The notes: generated from the letters alone by a model not told the origin. 64,000 nt of DNA from an uncultured Acidobacteriota bacterium (GCA_963796275.1 CAWCKY010000006.1:1440001-1504000); one strand, 5' to 3'; counted from the first letter of the stretch, positions 39,856-51,064 are shown. Program-made: numbers and translations.

Positions 39856-42628
39856 GCGGTTTAGGCAAGTCGAAGCGATATTCCACTCGGCCCTCGAGCG
39901 CGCGCCTGGGGAGCGCTCGAGTTATCTAGATCAAGCTTGTGCCGGGGATGATGCGTTGCGCCGCGAGGTCGAACTGCTGATTGTCGCCGACGAGCGGGCC
40001 GGAAGCTTGATTGAACTCCCGGCTTATCAGCTCGCTGCCCCGATGCTCGCTGAGGATGGTTCGCGCTCGCTCATCGGTAAGAGCATCGGCCATTATCGAA
40101 TCATCTCTCTCCTGGGTAGGGGCGGGATGGGCGAGGTCTACCGCGCACACGACACCCGGCTGGGCCGCGAGGTCGCGATCAAAGTCCTGCTTCGCGAATA
40201 TTCCGTCGATGCCGACCGCTTGCGCCGCTTCGAGCAGGAGGCGCGCGTCGTCGGGAGGCTAAATCATCCGAATATCCTGACGATCTATGACATCGGCACT
40301 TACGGCGGCCCACCCTATCTGGTCGCCGAACTGCTCGAGGGCGCGACGCTGCGTGAGCAACTGCGCGGAGCGGCGTTGCCGTTGCGCCGGGCATCGGACT
40401 ATGCCGTGCAGATAGCGCGCGGGCTGGCGGCGGCGCACGATAAAGGGATCGTGCATCGCGACTTGAAGCCGGAGAATATCTTCGTCACCAAAGATGGGCG
40501 ACTCAAGATTCTCGACTTCGGGCTGGCGAAATTAAGGCGAAAGCTGCCTGGCGGCGCGGTTGACACAGGCGCCCCGACCCATCCATTGGGTACCGCTCCC
40601 GGCGTGGTGATGGGAACTGTCGGCTATATGTCGCCGGAGCAGGTGCGCGCCGAGGAAGTGGATCATCGCTCGGACATCTTCGCCTTCGGAGCGATTCTCT
40701 ACGAGATGCTCGCGGGACAGCGGGCGTTTGGCGGCGCGTCGACGGTTGAGACGATGAACGCAATCCTGAAAGAGGAGCCGCCGGAGCTGTCGCAGACGGA
40801 CCCCAAAGTCGTCCCCGCGCTTGAGCGCGTGATGCGGCGCTGCTTGGAGAAGAGCGCGGAGGAACGCTTCCAATCGGCGCGCGACCTGGCCTTTGCCCTG
40901 GAAGCATTGTCAGGCGTCTCTGCTCCGAGCACGGTTGCTCAGGCGGTTGAGCCTGCGCGAGCGGGACGGCGCCTATGGCTCTGGCCCGCTAGCGCATTGA
41001 TGATAGTCGCGGTCGCCCTGGCGTCATTCTTCGTCGGCAAGCGGGCGGAAAAGGCGCCGCCTGAGTTTCAGCGGCTCACTTTCCGCCGCGGGGTGATCGG
41101 GGAAGCGAGATTTGCCCCCGACAGCCAAACGATCATTTATAGCGCAATGTGGCAGGGCGATCAGCGCCAACTCTACTCGACCCGTCCGGAAAGCCCGGAG
41201 TCACGCCCGCTCGGACAGCCAGACGCCGACCCCCTGGCGATCTCAGCTTCGGGCGAGTTGGCTATCGCGCTCCACCCTTTTCGCCTCGGCTTTGGCCTCA
41301 AGGGGACACTGGCCCAAATGCCGATTACAGGTAGCGCGCCCCGCCCAGTTCTCCCAGATGTTTTCGCTGCTGATTGGGCTTCAGACGGAAGGCGGCTCGC
41401 TATTGCCCGTGAGGTTAACGGGCGAAACCGGATCGAATTCCCGATCGGAACAGTTCTCTATGAGACAGCCGGCACAATCTTCCGACTGCGCATCTCGCCG
41501 AAAGAGGATTGGATCGCCTTCACGGAGGACAGTTCCATTGCGGTGATTGACATCGCGCGCCGGAAGAAGATTCTCTCAAGCGGGTGGAATAGCACAAATG
41601 GTATCGCCTGGTCTCCCAGCGGTGATGAGGTCTGGTTCACTGCTGCCGAAGTGGGTTACAACGCTGCCCTCTATGCCGTCACGCACGCGGGTCAGCAACG
41701 CCTGGTGGCGCGCGTGCCGCATGGGATAAGACTTTTCGATATCTCCCGCGACGGGCGAGTCCTGCTGGTGAGCTATCATGTCAGTAAAGGGATCATGTGC
41801 CTTGCCCCAGGCGAAACACATGAGCGAGATTTGTCCTGGCTCGGGTGGGGACACATGGCCGACATTTCAGCCGATGGAAAACTGCTCCTCTTCACTGAGG
41901 CCGGGGAAGGAGGTGGAGCAGGCCAGGCGGTCTATTTGCGGGCGACCGACGGCTCGCCGGCTATCCGGCTCGGCGAGGGTGAGGCAAACGCTCTCTCACC
42001 AGATGGAAAATGGGCGCTCACGATTCGCCGCATCCGTTCGTCATCGCAGGTGATCTCACAAGTAATGCTGCTGCCAATCGGGACGGGGGAATCAAAAACG
42101 CTGACCGATGACCAGATCAACTGGCAGAGTGCGAGATGGTTTCCAGACGGGAGGCGCATTCTCCTGAACGGCAACGAACAGGAACGGGGAGTGCGCGGCT
42201 ATATCCTGGAACTCGAAGGCGGGAAGCCGCGTCCGATCACGCCAGAAGGGATAGCCGGGAGGCTCGTTTCACCTGATGGTCGATGGTTGATTACCTCAGA
42301 TGCCCTACAAAAGCTCTCTCTCTTCCCTCTAGGTGGGGAGGAGCCACATCCGGTTCCCGGTCAGGCCGATGGAGATGAGCCGATCCAATGGAGCGCCGAC
42401 GGACGGTCAATTTACGTGCGTCAGGACAGACAGGATCTCAACACCATGAGAATCTATCGGCTTGAGCTTTCGACCGGGCGCAGAGAATTACGGAAAGAAT
42501 ATATCCCCGCCGATCCATCGCGAACTGCTCGATTGCTCCCGCTGGCGCTGGCACCTGATGGGAAATCGTATGCCTATACCTACGCGCGTAACTTTTTTGA
42601 TCTTTATCTGGTCAAGGGATTGCGGTGA
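39842..42628 (+). CDS. Ser/Thr protein kinase with TM segment and TolB/PD40-like beta-propeller sensor
   Basis: [23 protein letters not shown] and YMSPE; TM near aa 380-398; repeated S/APDG motifs. Confidence 0.93.
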   Translation: MMTPERFRQVEAIFHSALERAPGERSSYLDQACAGDDALRREVELLIVADERAGSLIELPAYQLAAPMLAEDGSRSLIGKSIGHYRIISLLGRGGMGEVYRAHDTRLGREVAIKVLLREYSVDADRLRRFEQEARVVGRLNHPNILTIYDIGTYGGPPYLVAELLEGATLREQLRGAALPLRRASDYAVQIARGLAAAHDKGIVHRDLKPENIFVTKDGRLKILDFGLAKLRRKLPGGAVDTGAPTHPLGTAPGVVMGTVGYMSPEQVRAEEVDHRSDIFAFGAILYEMLAGQRAFGGASTVETMNAILKEEPPELSQTDPKVVPALERVMRRCLEKSAEERFQSARDLAFALEALSGVSAPSTVAQAVEPARAGRRLWLWPASALMIVAVALASFFVGKRAEKAPPEFQRLTFRRGVIGEARFAPDSQTIIYSAMWQGDQRQLYSTRPESPESRPLGQPDADPLAISASGELAIALHPFRLGFGLKGTLAQMPITGSAPRPVLPDVFAADWASDGRRLAIAREVNGRNRIEFPIGTVLYETAGTIFRLRISPKEDWIAFTEDSSIAVIDIARRKKILSSGWNSTNGIAWSPSGDEVWFTAAEVGYNAALYAVTHAGQQRLVARVPHGIRLFDISRDGRVLLVSYHVSKGIMCLAPGETHERDLSWLGWGHMADISADGKLLLFTEAGEGGGAGQAVYLRATDGSPAIRLGEGEANALSPDGKWALTIRRIRSSSQVISQVMLLPIGTGESKTLTDDQINWQSARWFPDGRRILLNGNEQERGVRGYILELEGGKPRPITPEGIAGRLVSPDGRWLITSDALQKLSLFPLGGEEPHPVPGQADGDEPIQWSADGRSIYVRQDRQDLNTMRIYRLELSTGRRELRKEYIPADPSRTARLLPLALAPDGKSYAYTYARNFFDLYLVKGLR

Positions 42629-42632
42629 GACC

Positions 42633-43379
42633 TCAATTGAACTGCTGGCACAAGAACTTGTTCAGCTTCATGCGCTCGTCCAGCGACGGGTGCGTGTTGG
42701 ATTTTTGCCACTTCGCAATGCCTGATTTAATGGCGACGACCCCCATGCGCAAAAGGATGCGGCCATAGCTCGCCGGGTCATCGCCGATCTCCTTCAGAGT
42801 AAATGCCGCCACCGCATCGCAGAAAAACTCGCACTCTCGTATCAGTTTCCAGTCCTTCTCCCTCAGCGCGTTGACTCGTTCATTCCAGACGTATTCGTGC
42901 GCCAGTTCGTGCGCGATGATGCCGCGAATCTCTGCATCGTCGGCGATATCCATCATTCGAGTCGTGATGATGATGACCGCGCGCGCGACCAGATAGGCTT
43001 GGGGCTGATCTGACCGCAATACGTAAATCGGTAGCCGGCTTCGCCCGTGGTAGTCGAGCACAGGTTGCACGACAGCCTTGAGTCTATCGGCGCTCTTGCT
43101 TTTCACGACTGGCAAATATTGCAACTCGACGATCTTGTTAATAAGCAGCGGGCCAGGTAGATAAGCCGGTAGACTCATCTGCGTTAAACGTTCACGAATC
43201 GCAGCGGGTGAGAGACCGCCGAGGCGCTCAAGAGCGTTTGCCGCCTCCTCTCCTCCCATAGATTCTTCCTGCTTGCCATCTGCACTGATACCACTGGCGA
43301 GGTTCTTTGTAGTCTGTCCAACTAATGTAACTGTAAAGGCGATGATGAGAATAGAGTTGAAGAAGACTTGCTTTAACAT
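42633..43379 (-). CDS. Exported M48-like zinc metalloprotease
   Basis: Signal peptide; EIRGIIAHELAH, CEFFCD and THPSLDER; AGGAG RBS before MLKQV. Confidence 0.8.
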   Translation of the reverse strand: MLKQVFFNSILIIAFTVTLVGQTTKNLASGISADGKQEESMGGEEAANALERLGGLSPAAIRERLTQMSLPAYLPGPLLINKIVELQYLPVVKSKSADRLKAVVQPVLDYHGRSRLPIYVLRSDQPQAYLVARAVIIITTRMMDIADDAEIRGIIAHELAHEYVWNERVNALREKDWKLIRECEFFCDAVAAFTLKEIGDDPASYGRILLRMGVVAIKSGIAKWQKSNTHPSLDERMKLNKFLCQQFN

Positions 43380-43901
43380 GGCTTCTCCTTTTCGAAGCGC
43401 TACGACCGCGCTCTCGGCATACAGCCGACATCCGGACACACTTTGGCTCGAAGGCCTCCAAAGCTGACCTTTCTGCGGCGTTGAATCTGGAAATTTGACT
43501 TCGGGCGCTGAACGAGGTCGTTTCAGCCTCTCGCTGCCTTCATCATCTAACGCGAGAGATGGGGCAAACCCCCATCACGATTTCGGAGGATTTTTTTGGC
43601 CGAGGGGCTTGGGAATATTGCTAAATTCTTGAAAACAATGGCGACGTGGCGACTAGAGCTACGGTTTGCAGCGGCTGCTATCTTGGGAGGTAGAGAAATC
43701 AAGCTCCTGATTCGCATATTGAGCCATGTTTTATAACGAGGCTTCCCAATTTTTCGTTGTTGCTTTGATGCAAGCTGATAATCCCCGCATCGTTCTGGCA
43801 TCGGTGAGTTAGAAGTGTTGGAACTTTCGCCTACGACTGAGTGTCGAATCAGAACAAGAAACGGGAAGAAAGAAATGGGAAGAAAGATGGGAGGATAAGC
43901 C

Positions 43902-46418
43902 ATGAAGCCGAAGCTTGTAGTCTCTTTACTCTTCACGACGGGGATACTTCTCCTCAGCTATTTCGCATTCGCCAGGTTTGTGAAATCTGGAGGTATAGGA
44001 TCGGTCGAGGCAGCTCAGCGGGAGATCACGCAGGGGGCGCTTCGAATTCTGGACAAAGACGGGGGCGCCAAAGGCGGGTGCCCGCTCAAACATACAGATG
44101 TCAACGCGGAGATAAGCGGCCATCTTGCGCGCGTTACTCTCACGCAGGAGTTCCACAATCCGCTGCCGGAGAAGATCGAAGCCGTCTATGTCTTTCCCCT
44201 GCCTCAGAACGCGGCGGTGGACGATATGACGATGTTAGTCGGGGATCGTTCGGTGAAGGGAAGAATCAAGCGGCGTGAAGATGCGCGCGCCATTTATGAG
44301 GCGGCGCGCGAGGCCGGCCACGTCGCCAGCCTGCTCGATCAGGAGAGACCCAACATTTTCACGCAATCGGTCGCGAATATCACACCGGGAGCAACGGTGA
44401 AGGTCACGATCAGTTACGTTGAGAATCTGCTTTATAGGGATGGGACATACGAATTCGTCTTTCCGATGGTAGTAGGGCCGCGCTACATTCCGGGAACGCC
44501 CGCCGGCAATTCGGGCGGGGGATGGTTGCCCGATACAAGCCAGGTCCCGGATGCCTCTCGCATCACGCCCAAAGTCTCACTGCCGGCAACGCGCGCGGGT
44601 CACGACATCTCGCTCGCCGTCACGCTCGATGCCGGCGTTCCGATCGACTCCCTCAACTCTGCGACGCATGACGCCGATGTCCAACGTCCCGACGGTCGCC
44701 GAGCCGTCATTCGCCTGAAGAATCGCGCGACGATCCCCAATAAAGACTTCATTCTCAAATTCGATGTCGCCGGCAGAAAGATCGAAGATGCTGTCCTGAC
44801 GCATCGCAGCCAGCCGGGCGGTTTTTTCACGATGATTCTGCAACCGCCCGAGCGGGTTAATGCAAAAGACATCACGCCGAAGGAGCTCGTCTTCGTGCTC
44901 GACACCTCGGGCTCGATGCATGGGTTTCCGATCGAGAAGGCCAAAGAGACGATGAAGCTGGCGCTCGAAGGTCTATACCCGCTCGACACTTTCAACTTGA
45001 TCACCTTTTCCGGCGATACGCATATCTTGTTTCCCGAGCCGGTTCCGGCCACGCAAGAGAATTTGCGCATGGCGCAGGATTTCCTCACCTCCCGCCAGGG
45101 CGGCGGGGGCACGGAAATGATGAAAGCTATCCGTGCGGCGCTCGAACCATCCGACCAGCAGCACCACATTCGCATAGTCTGCTTCATGACCGATGGATAT
45201 GTCGGTAACGATTTCGAAATCATCGGTGAAATCCAGAAACACCCGAATGCTCGCGTCTTTTCTTTCGGCATCGGTCAATCGGTCAATCGCTTTCTGCTCG
45301 AGAATATGGCCAAACACGGGCGCGGTGAAGTCGAGTATGTGACTTTGCAGGATGACGGCTCCGCCGCGGCCAAACGTTTCCACGAGCGCGTGCGCAACCC
45401 GCTGTTGACCGATATCTCGATCGATTGGGGCGGGCTGCCGGTCGCCGACGTCTATCCCCAGCGCATCCCCGACCTGTTCGACGCGAAACCGGTCGTATTG
45501 AGCGGGCGTTATACGTCGGGCGCGCGCGGTTCTATCCGTTTGCGCGGCAAGCTGGCTGGGCAGGAATTCACGCGCGAGATTCCGGTCGATCTGCCGGAAT
45601 CGCAGCCGCAGCACGACGTGCTCTCGACATTGTGGGCGCGCGCGCGGATCGATGATCTCGTGAGCAGGGATTTTAAAGGGATGCAATACGGGAATCTGAC
45701 CGGTGAAGCGCGCGAAGCCATCACGCAACTAGGGCTCGAATACCGGCTGATGACCCAATTCACTTCTTTTGTTGCGGTAGAAGAGATGATCGTGACGGAG
45801 GGCGGCCAGCCGCGGCGTATCGACGTGCCGGTCGAGATGCCGGAAGGCGTGAGTTATGAAGGGGTGTTCGGTAAGAACGAAGAGAGTGTGAGGGTCAGTG
45901 CAAAACTGCAACCTGCTCCGATGGTCGTTTTAAGAATGGAGGTAGAATCCAACCAATCAAAGCTAAGCAGAAGAAGCAGTGGAAGAGGCAACGGCGTAGG
46001 GGCGGGTGGAGGTAGCGGGGTTGGGCCGGGCGTTGCCGGAGGAATTGGCCGTGGCGACTCAAAACCGGCAGTGCTGGCTGGAAACGCTCCCGGATCCGGA
46101 CCTTCCTCACCTGAAGAATTAAAACGTCAACAATTGTTGGCGAAGCTGCACCCATCGGTTATTGCGGTGATCGAGCGCTTGAAAAATATCCAGCAGGGCA
46201 TGGGCGAGGCCCAATTTGTTCGTGATGGAAAGGCCGAGATTCAAATATGGTTAAGCGATAAATCGAACGAGACGATCGCCGCGATCAAGCGTCTCGGCTT
46301 CGAAGTGATCCTCGATCCGCAATCTTCGAAGCTGATCATCGGGCGATTGCCGATCGAGAAACTCGCGGCGCTTGCGGAAATGTCTTCGGTGAAATACGTC
46401 GCGCCATTTACGAAATAA
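43902..46418 (+). CDS. VIT + von Willebrand A domain protein with Gly-rich linker and small C-terminal domain
   Basis: PLKHTDV, EAVYVFPLP and LLDQERPNIF (VIT); DTSGS MIDAS, GGGTEM, TDG; N-terminal signal/anchor. Confidence 0.9.
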   Translation: MKPKLVVSLLFTTGILLLSYFAFARFVKSGGIGSVEAAQREITQGALRILDKDGGAKGGCPLKHTDVNAEISGHLARVTLTQEFHNPLPEKIEAVYVFPLPQNAAVDDMTMLVGDRSVKGRIKRREDARAIYEAAREAGHVASLLDQERPNIFTQSVANITPGATVKVTISYVENLLYRDGTYEFVFPMVVGPRYIPGTPAGNSGGGWLPDTSQVPDASRITPKVSLPATRAGHDISLAVTLDAGVPIDSLNSATHDADVQRPDGRRAVIRLKNRATIPNKDFILKFDVAGRKIEDAVLTHRSQPGGFFTMILQPPERVNAKDITPKELVFVLDTSGSMHGFPIEKAKETMKLALEGLYPLDTFNLITFSGDTHILFPEPVPATQENLRMAQDFLTSRQGGGGTEMMKAIRAALEPSDQQHHIRIVCFMTDGYVGNDFEIIGEIQKHPNARVFSFGIGQSVNRFLLENMAKHGRGEVEYVTLQDDGSAAAKRFHERVRNPLLTDISIDWGGLPVADVYPQRIPDLFDAKPVVLSGRYTSGARGSIRLRGKLAGQEFTREIPVDLPESQPQHDVLSTLWARARIDDLVSRDFKGMQYGNLTGEAREAITQLGLEYRLMTQFTSFVAVEEMIVTEGGQPRRIDVPVEMPEGVSYEGVFGKNEESVRVSAKLQPAPMVVLRMEVESNQSKLSRRSSGRGNGVGAGGGSGVGPGVAGGIGRGDSKPAVLAGNAPGSGPSSPEELKRQQLLAKLHPSVIAVIERLKNIQQGMGEAQFVRDGKAEIQIWLSDKSNETIAAIKRLGFEVILDPQSSKLIIGRLPIEKLAALAEMSSVKYVAPFTK

Positions 46419-46449
46419 AGACGAAATAGAAATAAAGACGAAATAAAAT
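46410..46449. repeat. Short GAAATA tandem repeats around the stop codon
   Basis: acgaaataag-acgaaata-gaaataaag-acgaaataaa. Confidence 0.6.
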
Positions 46450-46464
46450 GCTTGTTTGATCCTT

Positions 46465-46542
46465 GCCCCGGAGGTGCATGAAGCAGGTAGTCAGGGGGTT
46501 ACGTTGTGCTCCAACCCCTGGCTACCTGGCACCTCTTCGAGC
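46465..46542. repeat. REP-like nested inverted repeat between convergent genes
   Basis: gaggtgc...caggtagtcagggggtt pairs with aacccctggctacctg-gcacctc. Confidence 0.6.
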
Positions 46543-46630
46543 TGGAGATCAACTCACGATGCTTTGAAAGCATTATCAAATCATCGAATCATCAACCTCA
46601 ATCGGCATCGTGATCGAGCGCAAAACGCCA

Positions 46631-48265
46631 TCATTTTTCGGCTACCTTCTTAATCTCGTAATTCTTCACTATCGGCAACAATATCCGTGACGGATACGGC
46701 CGGCTATGGTGGATCGTATTGGTCGCCACTTTCGTCTCCTTATCCGAGCGCAGCGGCTTCCCGGTATTCGGATTGGGATCGAAGCGCGGATCGTTTGAGC
46801 TGGTCACATGGACCGCGATGCGATGACCCTTATTGAAAATCAGGCTCGTCGACCAGAGATCGATCTTGAATTTGTATATCTCGCCCTTCTTCATGGATAC
46901 CTCGCGGTCGAAGCCCTCGCGAAAACGCGCGCGCAGAGCGGAATCGAGCACGATCCGTTCCGTCCCGTCAGGATAGACATCGACCAGCTTCGCCATCCAA
47001 TCGGTGTCGGTGCAGTCAGATTCGGCCCACAATTCGACGATCACCTGGCCCGTGACCTCGACCGGCGATTCGAGCTGAGCCGTCGTGAACTTCAAGACGT
47101 CTTTCCGTTCTCCGATCGGACGTTGATCCATCGGCCCCTTCTTGCCGAAAAGTAGCTGCCCTCCAATGGTCGGGACCGGATTCGCCGGATCGTAACGGTA
47201 GGTGCTGGCGCTTTTCTCATCGCCCGCAATCGCCTGGCTCAGTTTGCCGTTCGGATGCAGGAAGTACGAGGTGTTCCTGGCGGGAACCGGCCACGCCGTG
47301 GCGGTACGCCATTCGTTGCCCGGGGCTTTCGAATCGGTCGTGTCGCCCATCACGTAATACTTCACCGGCGGCTCGTCCATTATTCCGTTGTCGATGCCTT
47401 TGAGCCAATGATCGAACCAGCGCAGAGCTTCCTTCGGGTCGGGCGTTGCCTTCGGATAACTCACTTCTTCGACCTTGCCGTGCGCCCACGGCCCCATCAA
47501 TAACTTCTGATTTCCGGCCGCCATACCTCCACCGCGCGTCTGCAAGCCGACAAAATTATCGATGTTGCCCTGCGAAAAGATGTCATACCAACCTCCGGAG
47601 TTATAGACGGGTACCCGTACATTCTCCCAGTGGAGACGGCCCTCGCGAATGTTCAGATAACCGTCATCTGTATAATGTTTGAAGGTAGTCTCCAGCACAT
47701 CCAGCGCATTCTGGCTTCTGAGCCACAGTTCGTTCATCTCTTTGCGGAAAATGCCGCCGGTGTATATCGCCTGTTGATATGCGCTGGCGGGCGCCACCTG
47801 CACGTACATCGCGACCAGATGCGGCGGGGCAGTGATAGATGCCTGATTCGCGGCGATGCCCATCGCCGAAGCTCCGATCATTCCGATCTTGCCGTTCGAC
47901 CACTTCTGACTCGCCGCCCATTCGACCGTGTCGTAACCGTCCAGATGGTCATTCATGAACGGCAGGTATTTTCCCTCGCTCTTGAACCGTCCGCGGCAAT
48001 CCTGGACCAGGAAAGCATATCCGTTGCCCGTCCACTGCTTATGTTGTAATCCCAGCGGCCCTTTGTTGTATGGTGTGCGCATGAGGATCACCGGCCACGG
48101 CCCCGCGCCTTCGGGCAGATAGATGTCGGTCGCGAGCTTGATCCCATCCCGCATAGCGACCATTTCGGAGGAAGGCTTGATCGTTTGCTGGGATTGATCT
48201 TGAGGCGGCGCAAACGAAAAAAGCAGTAATAGGGCAGGGAAAAATCTTTTTAGTTTCATGGTCAT
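46631..48265 (-). CDS. CocE/NonD family serine hydrolase, exported
   Basis: MRDGIKLATDIY, RTPY, QDCRGRFKSEG, GASAMG nucleophile elbow, GWYD and GPWAH. Confidence 0.92.
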   Translation of the reverse strand: MTMKLKRFFPALLLLFSFAPPQDQSQQTIKPSSEMVAMRDGIKLATDIYLPEGAGPWPVILMRTPYNKGPLGLQHKQWTGNGYAFLVQDCRGRFKSEGKYLPFMNDHLDGYDTVEWAASQKWSNGKIGMIGASAMGIAANQASITAPPHLVAMYVQVAPASAYQQAIYTGGIFRKEMNELWLRSQNALDVLETTFKHYTDDGYLNIREGRLHWENVRVPVYNSGGWYDIFSQGNIDNFVGLQTRGGGMAAGNQKLLMGPWAHGKVEEVSYPKATPDPKEALRWFDHWLKGIDNGIMDEPPVKYYVMGDTTDSKAPGNEWRTATAWPVPARNTSYFLHPNGKLSQAIAGDEKSASTYRYDPANPVPTIGGQLLFGKKGPMDQRPIGERKDVLKFTTAQLESPVEVTGQVIVELWAESDCTDTDWMAKLVDVYPDGTERIVLDSALRARFREGFDREVSMKKGEIYKFKIDLWSTSLIFNKGHRIAVHVTSSNDPRFDPNPNTGKPLRSDKETKVATNTIHHSRPYPSRILLPIVKNYEIKKVAEK

Positions 48266-48397
48266 TCCTATGAAAAAATGTATCGCAGGTCATCCAACCT
48301 GCGAAAGATTCATTGCATAAAGAGATTCACTTACCGCCGGGCGGTTCGGTGCATAGAGCCCACCACCTCGGGTTGGCCGTCCTGGTGGCCCGATGTA

Positions 48398-49207
48398 TTA
48401 AAGCTGAATCAGTTGTGCCCCCGTATTGAACGTTTTCTTAAACGCGGTGAGCCCGTGTGCGCCTCCGTTGACAAGTTTCCGCGCTGCGTCAAGCCTGCCA
48501 TCCTGTATCGCTTCTCTGATCTTCTTCTCTTTATCTTTGAGGAAAGTGGCGAGCAATTTCCCTGCAATCTGTGGGGAGTTGGCCAACTCGGGGTTCTCTA
48601 GTAACTGATCATCCAATCCGATCTTCTCCCCATACCTTTTGTAGTTATCACGGCCCGTGAGCTGGATAAAACCGCGCCCCTTGAATCTTTCACCATCCGG
48701 CGGGCCCTGGTTTCCCAGGTCGGCGCGAAAGTCGTAAAGATTGAAGGGCGGACCGGGCGGAAGCGTATTGAAATGAGAAATCTGTTCACTGATCGGGCGG
48801 AACCCGGCAGTTTCGACCCGGATCGTCGCGAGCGCCATCAGCACCATATTTCTGTCCACCAGCTCAGTCTCCGTGAGAGCTTTCAGAATGAAAGGCAAAT
48901 ATTGTTCGATACTCGTCAGGTTGGCTCCAGGGAACATCTTCGCAACCAGATCGACCGTCACGCGGGGGATGACGGTGACGGCGGCCAGATACTCTTCCTG
49001 CATGATCAGTCCCAGCGCGCGTAAAGTTGCTGGGCCGGCATTTCCGTCAACGAGAAGCTTGCTGCTTCTCTGGAATTCGCTGACGGCCGATCTGGTGATC
49101 GGACCGAAAATGCCATCTGGAGTTCCCGCGCTAAAACCGAGCGCCAGCATACGCTGCTGAAGGTTTTTGACTTCTGCTCCTCTATCACCCAATCCGAGTG
49201 TTCGCAT
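48398..49207 (-). CDS. Peptidoglycan-binding domain + GH19/lysozyme-like lytic enzyme
   Basis: LGDRGAEVKNLQ...DGIFGPITRSAVSEFQ...LVDG; IRVET; FKGRGFIQLTGRDNY; RKLVNGG. Confidence 0.88.
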   Translation of the reverse strand: MRTLGLGDRGAEVKNLQQRMLALGFSAGTPDGIFGPITRSAVSEFQRSSKLLVDGNAGPATLRALGLIMQEEYLAAVTVIPRVTVDLVAKMFPGANLTSIEQYLPFILKALTETELVDRNMVLMALATIRVETAGFRPISEQISHFNTLPPGPPFNLYDFRADLGNQGPPDGERFKGRGFIQLTGRDNYKRYGEKIGLDDQLLENPELANSPQIAGKLLATFLKDKEKKIREAIQDGRLDAARKLVNGGAHGLTAFKKTFNTGAQLIQL

Positions 49208-49315
49208 TTTTCCAGACGTGATGTATAGACGAAGAACTACTCGAGTATCTCAAATTCAATTTTAAAGATTCTCAGAGAAGGGGCGCCGTGGCCGGCGGTA
49301 GTCCCGACTGTTTTA

Positions 49316-50776
49316 TTAAGTTTTCTGACCGCGCTCGCGCCAGACCCAGCCGAACTGCGTGTTGGACGGTTGCGGGGCTAGGTCGTATTCACGCTTCAGC
49401 TCGGAGACCTTGTCGGCCTGGATAGCATTGCGTTGCGCTTTGACGTCGATTTTGTAGAGTTTCGCCGCGTTAAGACCGAATATCTTCGCTTTGATTTCGG
49501 GCGATACCTTCTTGTATCCGTACTTCTGGGCGATCTCATCGCTGATCTGGAAACGGCGCAGGCGCTCGATCTGCGATTGCGGACTTCCGCCCCAGATCGA
49601 ATCGGTGCCCCAGATGATGCGATCTTCGCCGCCCGGCAGGTTGAGAATCTGCCCGATGAAATGCATCGCTGCGACACCATTACCATTCGACATATAATTC
49701 CACGTGCTGCCTATCTCGAAATAGACGTTTTTCAGTTGGTTCTTCTTGACGATTTCGATCAATTCGGAGCACCACGGGATGTATTGCGGGCTGGCGGCGG
49801 CGCCTTCGCGGCGGCGCGTACTCGCCGCACCCGGATGCCAACCGGAGTGATAGATGATGAAGTTGAGGTCCGGGAAATCTTTTGCCGTTTTTTCGACATC
49901 CTTCGGATGGCAGTGCTCTTCGTCGAAGAGGCCGAGCGGAAGGCCCTTGTGGATGCAGATGTTCTTCACGCCCAGCTTGCGCGTGCGCTCCCAGAAAGGG
50001 TAAGTGCTCTGCTCGTCATCGAGCCAATAGGGGCCGCTTCCGATTCGGGAGCCAGTATACAGCTTCCACGAATTGATCTTGAGTTTTTTGACCTGGCGCT
50101 CCATCTCCTCGAATTCAGGTTTGCCCATGTTCGGCCGCAATAACCCATGGCTGAGCATGCGCCCGGTGCCGCCCGCCATTCTATTGATGGCATCGCGCGT
50201 CTGCACCATCTTGTCGGGAGGCAGTATGTTCTCGTTCCACTCAGCCGATGGCACACCGCTGATAATCGCCATCGTCGTATCGCTGTCCATGAATAGCTCT
50301 TTTATGTAATGGGCTTGATTGAGCAGGGCGAGCGCATCAGCCGTCGATTCGGCATTGCGGCGAAACGAGCGCAGGAAAGTGGCCGCCTGTTTGCCTGCCT
50401 CGGTCGTCTCGAACCAGCGGCTCTCGACGTCAATATGATGCGTCTGATTGTCGAAGATGAACCCGTCCTTCGGCCATTTTTCCGCATAAGCCGCCGGGTC
50501 GAGCGCCTCGATCGGGTCTATCTCATAGGTTTTACCGAAGACCTCGTTGTAGGCGAGCATGGCGACGGCCATTCCTCCCGTCGTCCCGAGAAATCGGCGA
50601 CGCGAGATGCCCAGCCTCTTCGCGCAGAGACCGGCGAGTTCGAAAGTGCGCTCCTCCCAGCGCGCTTCTTCGACAGTCTGCGAAGGCGGTATGAACTCTT
50701 CGTTCGAGCAGATTTCCGTAGGTATAGGAGATTGAAACGGCTTCTCCTCATCGGCGAAACATTTACGAATCCACAT
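49316..50776 (-). CDS. Amidohydrolase (TIM-barrel, Amidohydro_2-like)
   Basis: FDNQTH, CIHKG, IYHSG, WGTDS and KIFGLNAAKLY. Confidence 0.87.
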   Translation of the reverse strand: MWIRKCFADEEKPFQSPIPTEICSNEEFIPPSQTVEEARWEERTFELAGLCAKRLGISRRRFLGTTGGMAVAMLAYNEVFGKTYEIDPIEALDPAAYAEKWPKDGFIFDNQTHHIDVESRWFETTEAGKQAATFLRSFRRNAESTADALALLNQAHYIKELFMDSDTTMAIISGVPSAEWNENILPPDKMVQTRDAINRMAGGTGRMLSHGLLRPNMGKPEFEEMERQVKKLKINSWKLYTGSRIGSGPYWLDDEQSTYPFWERTRKLGVKNICIHKGLPLGLFDEEHCHPKDVEKTAKDFPDLNFIIYHSGWHPGAASTRRREGAAASPQYIPWCSELIEIVKKNQLKNVYFEIGSTWNYMSNGNGVAAMHFIGQILNLPGGEDRIIWGTDSIWGGSPQSQIERLRRFQISDEIAQKYGYKKVSPEIKAKIFGLNAAKLYKIDVKAQRNAIQADKVSELKREYDLAPQPSNTQFGWVWRERGQKT

Positions 50777-50863
50777 ATCTGATCCTTTCTACTCTAACTA
50801 TCGAGTGATGTGAGAATAGCCACAGAGTCGCGGAGAAAAGAGAAGTTTGATATCTAAAATATT

Positions 50864-51064
50864 TTAATTTTCAAGATTCACATCGGCATTTTCAGATATC
50901 GGTCGCGACCGGCGATATTCTTCGAGAAGTTCCTGCATAATGTCTGAAAAAGTCCAGTTCGGATCAAGCTGAGGGTCGGCTTTCAATCGCTCTTCCAGTT
51001 CGCTGTAGGCTCGAACTCTTGCCCATGCGAAAAAATGTGCTAATTCCAAATCTATTTCAGGCAT
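50864..51064 (-). CDS. Small hypothetical protein
   Basis: 66 aa helical-looking ORF with ATG start; upstream TTGACA (51155-51150)-17 nt-GAGAAT on the minus strand. Confidence 0.5.
   Translation of the reverse strand: MPEIDLELAHFFAWARVRAYSELEERLKADPQLDPNWTFSDIMQELLEEYRRSRPISENADVNLEN

Noticed and set aside
48398-49207. Prophage endolysin
   Set aside because: No holin, integrase or structural phage genes nearby.
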